From assembly GCA_964016885.1 (NCBI GenBank), contig CAXHJY010001071.1, forward strand, positions 1-64,000: DNA of 64,000 bases, written 5' to 3'. The stretch comes from Eledone cirrhosa (taxonomy: Eukaryota). The notes under the pieces are model-generated. The model saw only the letters and a list, made by a program, of their open reading frames with translations. It made no database searches and had not been told where the DNA came from. The position numbers were made by a program, and so were the translations under genes. How positions within the stretch are numbered: position 1 is the first letter of the stretch; every line of letters starts with the position of its first letter. Below, piece by piece: positions 1-12,336 of the stretch.

Positions 1-147
1 ACATACATACACAGACATATACATACATATACACATATATATACACAAACATATATACGCATATATACACATATATACATATATATACACGCATACACAC
101 ATACACACACACACACACAAATATATATACCCACACTCTCTCTCACG

Positions 148-239
<92 letters not shown>

Positions 240-320
240 TACACATACACACACATATATGTATATACACATCAGCACACACACACATATATATATACAC
301 ACACACACACATACACACAT

Positions 321-360
<40 letters not shown>
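1..360. repeat. (CA)n/(TA)n compound microsatellite (representative of dozens of such tracts)
   Basis: Directly visible dinucleotide runs; source of the YIYI/CVCV pseudo-ORFs. Confidence 0.97.
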
Positions 361-364
<4 letters not shown>

Positions 365-584
365 TTGCGAGGTTTTTTATATGAAATCGTGTGTCGAAAC
401 AGATATTGTTATATTTGGGGAGGGTCATATTTGCGTAATATTGCCAGAATTAATAACAGAACACACTCACTGTTTGGTTGGTTTTCAGACAGCGAGAAGC
501 GAAAACCAACCAAACAGTGAGTGTGTTCTGTTATTAATTCTGGCAATATTACGCAAATATGACCCTCCCCAAATATAACAATAT
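361..584. mobile_element. Palindromic PLE terminus (inverted pLTR pair), same family as 50160-51590
   Basis: Perfect 84-bp inverted arms 403-486 / 501-584 with a 14-nt spacer. Sequence matches the 3' end of the GIY-YIG element at ~51445-51575. Flanked by (TA)n. Confidence 0.85.
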
Positions 585-1422
585 ATATATATACATATAC
601 ATATATACATACATACACATACACATACATACACATATATACACATATATATATATATATATATACACATATATACATATATACATATACATACATAAAT
701 ATACACACATAAAACACATATACACACATACATACATATATATACATACACATACATATACACACATACACACACATATATACACATACAAATAAATAAG
801 TACTCAATAAATATACCCATATACGCATGCACATAAAAACACCTCTACAGGCAAAAAATGTAGATAGGAAAGATGTACTCACATAACCATAGTGGCCGTA
901 TTTCAGGTCGAGGAGGGGTTGGGGTATGGTGGGAAGGAGGTATAGGGGCCAATTGGGGCAGGTCGTTTTTAGCCATCGGGCTTTAACACTGGCTTAGTTT
1001 AAGAGAAGTTCGAAGATAATTGTAAGATATGCACTCAATATTCTGAATTTGTCTACAGAATTCTCTAAACCTCTGTCACTTAGTAGAACCTTAATGAATT
1101 TAGCTTTTAAAGAATATCCCTTTTCTTTAATTCTATCTACCATGACTGACCCCCCATTGATCTTATAGACATCTGTTAGCTTAAGAGAAACTTAATGACA
1201 AGGAATGGTATGCCATCCGGAACCTGTTTATAGATTTCTGTCTGCCTTTGTTACTCTAAAAACAAAAATTAATAATAATAATAAAAATAAACTATAGCTT
1301 TGTAGAATTAGCTTTTAATGAATTCCCATTTCTATCAACCAATGACCTACACCCATCCCACTCCCCACCCTCTCCTACCACTTGTAGAGACCTATAAATA
1401 CCATATTTATTTTTTGATACCC

Positions 1423-1473
1423 AGATTCCTGATGATTTCTAAAGAATGAAACAGTTCTAGTCCTGTAGAATCT
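1423..1473 (+). ncRNA. Type I hammerhead ribozyme, canonical core
   Basis: AGATTC-CTGATGA-t-TTCT-aa-AGAA-t-GAAACAG-ttctagtc-CTGTA-GAATCT: 6-bp stem I, 4-bp stem II, 4-bp stem III, GUA cleavage triplet. Lies ~15 bp before a (TA)n tract. Confidence 0.8.
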
Positions 1474-1485
1474 CATCTATATTAA

Positions 1486-1520
<35 letters not shown>

Positions 1521-1577
1521 TAAACGGAATACACACACATATATATATATGTGTGTGTATGTGTATATATATATATG

Positions 1578-1619
<42 letters not shown>

Positions 1620-1719
1620 TATAAGTTTATATATATATATACATACATATATATAAATTTATATATATATATATATACATACATATATATAAATTCATAT
1701 ATATATATACATATATATA

Positions 1720-1799
<80 letters not shown>

Positions 1800-2190
1800 T
1801 CACATCACATCATATTAAGTACATTGCATTGTTTTCAGACAATTTCATTCCATATAGTGGTGTACATCTTACAGGCGATTGTCTCATTATATTCTTCAAA
1901 TTGCTTCCCCAGATTTCCTACCCTGTCAGACAGACAATAACACTAAGATAATATTTAGAATGGAAAAAAACATTGAAATTATGAAACAAAAACGAACGGA
2001 AGTAGGAAAATCGACATGAAAAAATAGATCGACATTAGAAAAAAATATACAGAGAGAGGGAAATATATAATATATTCATATTTATAAACAAACACGCACA
2101 CAAATGGATATATATGTATGTATGTATGTATGAGAGTTAAAGGTACGCTTTGCTCATAGACATCGATATCAATAAACCTACTTATATATA

Positions 2191-2249
<59 letters not shown>

Positions 2250-2338
2250 GTACACATGTATGTATGTATTTATATATCTATCTATATCTATATATACATA
2301 TATATATATATGTGTGTGTATGTGTATATATATATATG

Positions 2339-2447
<109 letters not shown>

Positions 2448-2617
2448 AAATATATATTATATATATTTACATATATAAACGTGTGCATGTATGTATATGC
2501 ATGAATATGAATGTAAGTGTGTGTGTACGTATTACATTTTATATCTATCTGCCTATATATATATGTGTGTGTGAGTGAGTGTGTGTGAGTGTATGTGAGT
2601 ATGTATGTGTGCGTTTG

Positions 2618-2703
<86 letters not shown>

Positions 2704-3469
2704 TGTTTGTGTGTCAAAAATACATGAAGGGCCTTTTTTTTACTTTATGAATGTGTATATGCCGTTTTACACATTTCTCTGCATCTGCAAGTTTGTTTTT
2801 GTTCGTTTCCGTGTGAGTGCGCTAGTGTGTTTCTTCATGTGGTGGTTCACATTTGAGCCAGCATGAGATATGTAACAAAACAATATATCGTGAATACAAT
2901 GATATAAACAAACGTGTAACGATGGAGAGAAGACAAAGATAACCTCAAGGCAAACCATACATTTATTTATTTATATATTTTGGCAGGAGGCCAACGACGT
3001 ATTTGTTAAATGTTTTATTAGAATGTATTGACACTGACAGATTACTGATACGGAATTTTTAGAGTGAGTCGTCAAATTGGCAGACACTTTAAAATAGAGG
3101 TTCTTAAACGTTTGGGGCCTCCAAACCTCTCACAGCCACGTATTACCCTCAGCGCCCCTCAATCCTGTTCCCAGAGAGGTCTGGATCTGCCTACACGCAA
3201 ATTGTAAATAATATATAATAAATAAAATCGTTAATTTATTTAGTATATTATATGTATAGATAAATATATATTTTGTTCATTTCACTATATCTATATATAA
3301 TATGTATAATTTGAATCTTAATATACTATTATATCATATCTACCACCTCACCGCACCCTTATGCCCAAGTACCTTAGGGAACTTCTCCAAACCCTGGGGC
3401 AGTAACACCCACTTTGAGAAACACTGCTTTGAGAGGTCGGTATAAATATATCGCATTATTATATCATGA

Positions 3470-3813
3470 ATTACGTCCCTTTACAATCTGTGTTCAAATT
3501 CCGCCGAGGTTGACTTTGCCTTTCATCCTTACGGGGTCGATAAAATAAAGTACCAGTAATGCACTGGGTAATTGCTGGCCTTGTGCCTAAAGTAGAAACA
3601 CTTATTATATCATGAATTGGCCTAGGTATGTGAATTAACAGTTTTGGTAGAGGGTCAGACATGTTTTCCAGCGTAGTTACGTCCCTTCACCATCTGAGTT
3701 CAAATTCGCCGAGGTTAACTTTGCCTTTTATCCTTACGGGGTCGATAAAATAAAGTACCAGTAATGTACTGGGTAATTGCTGGCCTTGTGCCAAAAGTAG
3801 AAACAATTATTAT
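3470..3813 (+). mobile_element. Two adjacent copies of the dominant tRNA-derived SINE
   Basis: B-box GTTCAAAT followed by the conserved body (ctttgcctttcatccttacggggtcgataaaataaagtaccagt...gtagaaacaattatt) that recurs >12 times in the window. Confidence 0.85.
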
Positions 3814-5481
3814 ATCAACGCCTATGCCTTCAAATCAAAGTCAAAATTTGAGTTCAAATCCCGTCGAGGTCAATGTTGCCCCTTATTCATTTAATATCGT
3901 CAAAAAATTGTAAACAATGTATCATTGCCTTTTCTCTCGTTTCTTTTTTTCTGGATGTAATCGGCTACAGAGACTTCTTCATGCCTGTCAACTCCCGCCG
4001 TCCGACAAGGAGATCTCGAACGTACTTTGTGCTGGGTGAAAGATGTTTTCTCTTGTGAGAATTGGTATAGCATTCATTATGTAGAAATCTCCCCATATTG
4101 CCACATTTCCCCTCGGTTTGGAGCACTTTTTTTCATGGTACTGACATTTGGATTTTTAGAGGTTAACATCTCTTCGTCTAAATAATATAATACCCACCAC
4201 CATCCCAGACAAATCTGGGTCATGTAGTCGCTAAACACACAAACACACAGACACACATGGACACCCACACGCACACAAACTTCACCTATATACAAATGAT
4301 AAATGGTCGATAAAAATTAATATATATTTATGTGTACTTAAAAAAAAAGAATCAGTGTTTAAACATTCAAAGAAAAATATCGTACAGAGTGAAGATTAAT
4401 AATCAAATATATTAATCTAGGCCAGAACTAGACTCATATCTCTGTCTACATTCTACGAATTTCACATCTTTGTGTGAACGTCGGATACTCGTTCGTGTTA
4501 TTGGTTTCTGCTTTCTATTCTCTGAGTTCAAATCCCACCGAGGTTAAATTTGCCTTCCATCCTTTTGGTTTCAATGAAAAATATCAATTCAATTCTTCTA
4601 ATTCAATTCAATTCTTCTAAAAAGTTCAATTCTTCCTCTGGAAGAAATTTGCTGTGTTTTAAATCTGGAGAGGGATGTTTTCCACTAGGCTTTTTCTTTG
4701 TGTTTTATCCGTTCTAGCTTGATAAGAAAAAAGTACTAATGTATTACTGTGGCCTATACTTCCTTTACATCTCTTTCTCACCTCCTTTTCACATCTCTAT
4801 CATTCTCTCGAAGAAATATGCTGTGCATTGGCCTGGAGAGGAAATAGCCACAAGAATTGTCATATGCCGACGTCACCCTCAAGAGCTACGGTTTCATACA
4901 ACAGCTTCTTCATTCATATTTTACAACAATCAACACCCAGCTATTATCAGAATTCCGTAAGCTTAAAAAATAACCACATGTTTAACCTAGAAGAGAGCTA
5001 ATGCATGTCATATTAAACGTCAAATAAACATGATCACATGTTAAAATATTCATAGCTAGACACTTCTACGTCCGTTACACATAAAGATCCCACGTAATAT
5101 ATATATATATACATATATTGACTCACTCAAAGAAACAAAACATTTGCAGCTTTGAAACTGCATTTTGATGTTCAGAGTGCACATATAATAGTCAAATACA
5201 GAATGCAATGGCCGTGTTGAGGTAAACACGTGGTATCTACGTCCTGGAGGAATCCTGTTTCTGTGCAATATTCTGCCCAACAACAGTTATTAAAATTGCC
5301 GTGTAGAAAATTTCGCATTACCAGTAGATATTACGCAATTGGGCAATTGAAGGTTTTCAGCAGTTTTACGCCTCCAACATAAGAGCAAGAATGAAGGGTT
5401 CATTTTACTGACATGGCTTTAAAAATGAGGCTTGTTTGCATAATTGCAAACGAATCGAATATTATTATTAATATTCGAAAA

Positions 5482-5657
5482 TGGCAGTATCGGTAGAGGG
5501 TCGGACGCCATGCTTTGACGTATAGAGTTACGGCCCTTCCCATTCTGAGTTCAAATCCCGCCGAGGTTAACTTTGCCTTTCATCCTTACGGGATCGATAA
5601 AATAAAGTACCAGTAATGCACTGAGTAATTGATGGCCTTGTGCCAAACGTAGAAACA
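5482..5657 (+). mobile_element. tRNA-derived SINE with 18-bp TSD, inserted into a fragment of the 432-bp HHR family
   Basis: A-box TGGCAGTATCGGT and B-box GAGTTCAAATCC. TSD attattaatat(t/g)cgaaaa at 5464-5481 and 5658-5675. Flanks match ~26240-26345. Confidence 0.88.
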
Positions 5658-5685
5658 ATTATTAATATGCGAAAATCTCAGATTA

Positions 5686-5722
<37 letters not shown>

Positions 5723-6204
5723 GCAGGCATTTTTTTAATAATAGATAGATTGGTTGTGTCTGAAAATGATATTTTTCTCAATTGATTTCACAGAAACCTT
5801 TCAATTGACTGGTATGGCATTCTTAAATTTTATTTATTTCTCTTTCCGAGCTTGTCTCAATGATTTTCTCGCTCTTAAAATACTTTCGCTCCATTTCTAT
5901 TTATATACAATTCTATCATTCTTCTCTTCATTGTACTTCGCTCTCGTTTCAATGTTTACTCTTTGTGACATATCATTCATTTTCAGAATGTCGGCAACGG
6001 TATATAACGCCTACTTACACCAGTATCCAACCAATATTATTTTTCTCTCATTTTTCCTCACAATCTCTCCCAGTCTTTCCATCATTTGTACATTTGTACT
6101 TTCTTGCGAAGCTCTTTCTCTCTATCACTTGTTTTTCTCACTCGATACATACATAAAGATAAACACACACACACACATTATATATATATATATATATATA
6201 TATA

Positions 6205-6265
6205 TTTCGTTTCTGAATTTGTTGGCAACTTATTGGCAACATGACCCTCCCAAAGTATAACAATA
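6205..6265. mobile_element. Tiny rearranged PLE terminus of the 39311-40200 family
   Basis: ttcgtttctgaatttgtt matches 39311; ttattggcaacatgaccctc..aaagtataacaatat is the reverse complement of ~39368-39403. Confidence 0.7.
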
Positions 6266-6333
6266 TATATATATAAATACATATAGATATACATGAATTA
6301 TATATATATATATATAAATACATATGCATATAC

Positions 6334-6415
<82 letters not shown>

Positions 6416-6572
6416 AAAGAATAGAGGTGTAACACACAAGTTATTATATATTGGTAAACGGAATAGAAAATGCTGACAAATTGTTCACAGTTGAAAAATG
6501 GTTTAATTAGGAATAAAAGAGTATTAGTGATTGTATGGGTTAGTATTCAGTTGTGGTTTGAAGTTTTGAAGT

Positions 6573-6609
6573 TTTTACCGGTTGCGCATTTCTAAATGCT
6601 TTTCAAAAA
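6573..6609 (-). ncRNA. Variant minimal HHR motif in the Naiad pLTR (also ~11353-11390, 12179-12216 on +, 44739-44776, 49632-49669)
   Basis: TTT-TTGAAAA-GCATTT-ag-AAATGC-GCA-ACCGGT-A-AAA: U3:A8 core, 6-bp stem II, palindromic stem III. Position 13 is C (T in the inverted copy) rather than A. Confidence 0.55.
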
Positions 6610-6931
6610 TAATTTTGAGATAGAGTGTCCGTGCTGTTTGCTCTGATCTGATTAGTTTTGGGAATTCTACCTGTTTTTATGTTAAAAAAATGGCTCCAGC
6701 GTTATTTTTGTGTTGCAAAAATGCTTGTGGTCAAAACAATTTTGATTGGTCGGTAGAGGTCATGTGAATGTAAAAAGTTGATTTTGCGCCAAGACTGTTT
6801 TTATGTTAAAATGTTAGAAAAGTGGCTCCAGCAAAAATTATTGGTCAAAACAATTTTGATTGGTCGGTAGAGGTCATGTGGATAAAAAATTGGTTTTGCG
6901 CCAAGATTGAGAAATGACTCTTTCACAACAA

Positions 6932-6995
<64 letters not shown>

Positions 6996-7064
6996 TAGTA
7001 GTAGTAAGGTGTTCGATGCTGCGACAATAGCCAGCAGCGATGTGTGTCAAATGGCTATTAAGAT

Positions 7065-7109
<45 letters not shown>

Positions 7110-7569
7110 CAGCAGAGTCATTCGAAGGTCAAAAGATATTTTTCAGCTTTTGTCTTATACGGAGAAGTGCGTGTGTGTGTGTGTATAAGTCTCTTTGTAT
7201 GTTGATGTACGCGTGTGTATGTGTTTGTGCATATATATGTGTGTGTGGGGGGGGGGACCAGTATTTTTTTCCCCCCGGTAAAATGGTGTACATTATTTGA
7301 TTTTTTCAGTTAATAGAACATAAAAAATCTTAACAATAAAAGGTGTGAAATGATATTCACTATATATATATATACACACACACACACATATTCACTACAT
7401 ATATATATATATATATATATACATATATACATACATATATATGCACATATATTTTTTTGTACTGCACCATAGAGCATGTGTGTTTACGTGTGTCATTGTG
7501 TTTATATGTGGGTAGAGATGTGTGCTGATGTAGGTATGTATGTTGACGTGTGTATGTTGTGGGTTCGTC

Positions 7570-9890
7570 TTAGGGAGAAGTGTTTAGACGGGGTCCGTAT
7601 TTGTTAATGAAGTAAGATTCCTTGCTGATGCGCTGGGTGTGGGTGGCATTATCTTTAAATTTGTAGAGGGGAAAGATTCTGAAGTTGGGATGATTTGGGG
7701 CGGCACAGGTATCAATGTGTTCACTCAGTGGTATTTTCCTGTATTCCCGTATTTTAATTTGGGATCTATGGACAGTCATGCGTTGGCGGAGGCTGTATTT
7801 GGTCTGGCCTATGTATTGTTCTCGACAACCTGAACAAGTTAATACATATAGTAGATTTTCCGATGCACATGTGAAATTGTGTTTTACTATAAAACGTTGT
7901 CCATCTTTGAAATAGAATTCCGAACCCTCTATTAGGTTGATGCAAATGCCACAGTTGGGTCTATCGCATTTTTTTACTGTGGGTTTCGTTGTTGTGGTTG
8001 GCAGTACTTTGGCATGTGTTAAGATGTTTTTCATTGACTTGGATTGTCTTTTGATGTTTATGAAATCGTGTGTTCGTAGAATTTGGTTCATTCTATGGTC
8101 CTTTTTCGATACAGGGATGTTCTGGAGGATGGTGTCAAAGGCCTCATTGTTGAGGGGGTTGTGTGTGGAGATGTATGGAAGAGCTTTTAGTTTTGGTTGA
8201 TTTACTTTAGGGTGTCTAAGGTCCTGGGTACTGAGTTTTAGGGCACGTTGGATTCCATTGTCAATTAGTGATGCAGGGTAGTCCCTGCCTATGAGTGTGT
8301 TCTTTAGTTCTTGTAGCCGTAAGTAGCAGATGTTTTTATTGGAGACTATAGTACAGATTCTCATGGCTAAGTTGTAGGGAATATTAATTTTAACGTGTCT
8401 AGGGTGGCAAGAGTTGAAGGGGAGGTATAGCTTGGAGTCTGTGGGCTTGTAGTATATGTCTGTTTCTATTTTTTTGTTATGGATCTTAATGAGGATGTCG
8501 AGGAAGGGGAGTTGTTGATGGCTGTATTCCATCGTGAAGTTAATATTTGTGTTGAGCCCATTTATAAGGGTGTGAAATTCTTTAAGTTTTTCGATGTTTT
8601 CGTGCCAAAGGATGAAGCAGTCATCTAGATATCGCTTCCAGTTCCTTTCAATGTGTAAGTGGAGGGTGTTGCCAAATTTGTTTAGGACTTTAGTGTAGAG
8701 GGTGATTTCCAGGTATCCCATGACTAGGTTGGCATAAGTAGGGGCTGTTTTCGTTCCCATAGCGGTCCCAGATTTCTGCCTGTAGGGTTTGTTATTGAAA
8801 ACGAAGTAATTGTTCTCCAAGATAAATTTGAGTCCCTCTATCACGAATTCTTTTTTGATGCGTTGTGGGAGTTCATTGTGGAAATTATCCAGCCAGAATT
8901 GGATAGCTTCTATTCCTAGGTTGTGGGGGATGTTGGAGTATAGGTTGACTACATCGAACGTCACTAGTAGGGTTTGTTCAGGAAGTGGCATATTAGGGAG
9001 GTGATTGAGCATATCTAGGTCGTCCCTTATATAGCTTTTGATGTGCTTGAGGAAGGGTTTGAGAAGGGTATCAATGAAGTTGCCAGGACGGAGCGTTTTG
9101 CAAGCGGGGCCTGCTATTATAGGTCTTAATTTGAGATCATTGGGTGAGGGGACATTGATGACTATGTCTATGGCTTCCTAGCATGCCTTACTTATTGATT
9201 CACTTTTATGTACTTTAGGGATACCGTAGAAAAGGCTGGATTTACTTGTGAAGTCTGTGATGAAGCTGAATTCCTTGTTAGTGAGTCCTTCTTTGTATTG
9301 GTTGATTAGAGTTTTTAGGTTTCTCATAATTTTCTGTTGATTGTAGTGTTCAGCCTTTTCGTAGTATGTTTCGTTTTCCAAAGTGGAGGGCGCTAAGTTG
9401 ATATAGAATTCTGTCTCCATTAGGACTACTGTACTCCCTTTATCAGCCTCTTTAATTGTAATGGTTCTGTCGGTTTTTAATCTATTTAATTCTTCCCATT
9501 CTTTCTTGTTGAGGTTTGGCTTGTGTTTTTGTCTGTGCAAGTGTTGGTAAGGGAAGTTTGTGATGTGTTCACAGAATTCGTCCAGGATTTTATTTCTACC
9601 TTTTGAAGGGGTGTAATTGCTTCTATTTCTGGCTAATGATTCATCCTCATTGTACTGGTCGAATAGTTGTTCACTAAGTCGTAACTTTCTACAGAAGTCT
9701 GTGATGTCTTCCTTCATTTCATAGTAGTTAGGACGTAGTGGGGTCGGTGTGAATTTAAGACCTTTGGAGAGTAAGTTGATAAGGTTGGGTGTTGGTTCTG
9801 CACTAGTAAGATTGATAATTTTTATTACTATCGGTTTCTCCTCCCTGTCTTGTGTTATTTTGTTTGCCTGTATCTGTGTGCTGTGTCTAA
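7570..9890 (-). pseudogene. PLE ORF2: reverse transcriptase + Zn-finger linker + GIY-YIG endonuclease (~770 codons, one internal TAG at 9178-9180)
   Basis: One frame carries INLT...LLSKGLKFTPTP, ADKG, PKVHK..(insert)..DLKLRPIIAGP, FDVVNLYSNI, GTAMG, RYLDD, CDRPNCGIC and LLYVLTCSGCREQYIG. Track ORFs 9178-9717 and 7570-9012 are in the same frame. Confidence 0.93.
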
Positions 9891-11164
9891 AAAATGGTTG
9901 GGGTAGGGGGGTTGTCTGCTGATGTTAAGTGGTCTCCTGTGTTTGTTATATTCCTTGTTGTTGTAAAATGTGGTTCGGGTTGGTGGTTGTAGATTGAATG
10001 GGGTGTTCCTGTACTGCGAGTATGGGTGTGTGTTTCTATGTGCCATGTTGTATTGTGGTGTTATAAGTGGCCTACGTTGTTGGTTGTATCGTGTGGTGTG
10101 GGTTTGTTGTGCATTGTGGAAGTGAGAGTTGAGAAAATGGTAATTACCTTGCTGTCCCCTTGAGGCGGGGAAGTTGTTGCATCTATCATGGCGGTGTACC
10201 TTTTCCCTAAGTTTGACGGTGAGGAATCCGCGTAGTAGTTGAGTGATTTGGTATGGTGTCTCCTTGAAGGGGGAAAGTTGTAAATATCATTCTGGAGGAG
10301 ATGATTTCTTGGGTTTTTGTTCATTCTTATGGTAGCGAGGTTGGGAAGTTCATCTTCGGTGTGGTGCTTCCTTCTTCGTTTGTTTGAGGCTTGGGGGTTT
10401 GAGAAGTTGTTGTGCGGTTCAGTTATGGGTTTTCCTATTTTTATGAACGGGTTATTGGAGGTGTAATCCGTTTGAAAAGTCGATTCATAGTGTAGGAACC
10501 AAGCGGCACTTTTTTCCCAGCGTTGAAGGGATTTCAGTTCTTCTCTGTTGCAGTCCCCTTTCCATAATTTGGAGATCTTCTCTACCGTGGGGCCTTCAGT
10601 TTTGTTGTTGATTTCCAGGAGGATCTCTTCATCGATGGTTTTGATTTTTTCCTCATTTGTTTGGGCCCTCAGTTTAAGAAGTTCAATTTCTGTCTTCATT
10701 TTTTCCAATACCATTCTTTCCCTACGGTGTCTTTGAGGTTCGGGTTCATTTGGAATGGACTTTATTTGTAGTTTACGGGGGAGAGTTAGAGGGGTTGAGT
10801 TAAGCCATTTTTCATATATCTCTGCTTTGTTGTGATTTTGTATCATCTTCCAGAATGAGAAATTTCCGTCTCTGAGGGATTTGTTCCATTTTGGAATTGT
10901 TCGAATTTTCATTTTGTGTGAATCAATCTCACATGGTTCTTCGTTGGTTTTTCCTGGGTTGGTAGTAGTGAACATAGTTAGGATAGTATCGCAAAGGTTT
11001 TGGAGTTTGTCGCCGATTTCGGAGGGTTTGTATCCGGTGGCGGTTTCCGTATTTGTGGAGTCAAGTTTGTCGACCAGCAAAGATAGGTTGGTGTTGATTT
11101 TCTTGAGTTCCTGTAGGATCTCTTCATTTGAGTTGATGAGGGTTGTATCCGTTTTTGTTGGCAT
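9855..11164 (-). pseudogene. PLE ORF1 (~436 aa reconstructed): coiled-coil N-terminal half, basic N/R/Q/H-rich C-terminal half; 1-nt deletion near 10196
   Basis: ATG at 11164 (MPTKT...). Restoring the extra base present in copy 2 (gcggtGgtatc) joins track ORF 10061-11218 to ORF 9855-10046, ending ...NHFLDTAHRYRQTK*. Confidence 0.75.
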
Positions 11165-11712
11165 TTTCTGTATCTCGTGTGAGGATATGATAGTTAAAAG
11201 AATAGAGGTGTAACACACAAGTTATTATATATTGGTAAACGGAATAGAAAATGCTGACAAATTGTTAACAGTTGAAAAATGGTTTAATTAGGAATAAAAC
11301 AGTATTAGTGATTGTATGGGTTAGTATTCAGTTGTGGTTTGAAGTTTTGAAGTTTTTACCGGTTGCGCAGTTCTAAATGCTTTTCAAAAATAATTTTGAG
11401 ATAGAGTGTCCGTGCTGTTTGCTCTGATCTGATTAGTTTTGGGAATTCTACCTGTTTTTATGTTAAAAAAATGGCTCCAGCGTTATTTTTGTGTTGCAAA
11501 AATGCTTGTGGTCAAAACAATTTTGATTGGTCGGTAGAGGTCATGTGAATGTAAAAAGTTGATTTTGCGCCAAGACTGTTTTTATGTTAAAATGTTAGAA
11601 AAGTGGCTCCAGCAAAAATTATTGGTCAAAACAATTTTGATTGGGGTGTAGAGGTCATGTGGATAAAAAATTGGTTTTGCGCCAAGATTGAGAAATGACT
11701 CTTTCACAACAA

Positions 11713-11797
<85 letters not shown>

Positions 11798-11879
11798 TGT
11801 GTGTGTAGTAGTAGTAGTAAGGTGTTCGATGCTGCGACAATAGCCAGCAGCGATGTGTGTCAAATGGCTATTAAGATAA

Positions 11880-11910
<31 letters not shown>

Positions 11911-12336
11911 CAGCAGAGTCATTCGAAGGTCAAAAGATATTTTTCAGCTTTTGTCTTATACGGAGAATTGCGTGTGTGTGTGTATAAGTCTCTTTGTATG
12001 TTGATGTACGCGTGTGTATGTGTTTGTGCATATATATGTGTGTGTGGGGGGTGGGGGGTGGACCAGTATTTTTTTCCCGTTTCTTTTCCCCATTTCTTTT
12101 TCCCATTTTTTTAACAGGTAGAATTCCCAAAACTAATCAGATCAGAGCAAACAGCACGGACACTCTATCTCAAAATTATTTTTGAAAAGCATTTAGAAAT
12201 GCGTAACCGGTAAAAACTTAAAAACTTAAAACCACAACTGAATACTAACCCATACAATCACTAATACTCTTTTATTCCTAATTAAACCATTTTTCAACTG
12301 TGAACAATTTGTCAGCATTTTCTATTCCGTTTACCA

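Noticed and set aside
5482-5565. tRNA gene
   Set aside because: A/B boxes belong to a SINE head; no cloverleaf; TSD-flanked.
7570-9890. Selenoprotein-type Naiad
   Set aside because: The only in-frame stop is TAG, not TGA, and I could not identify a SECIS.
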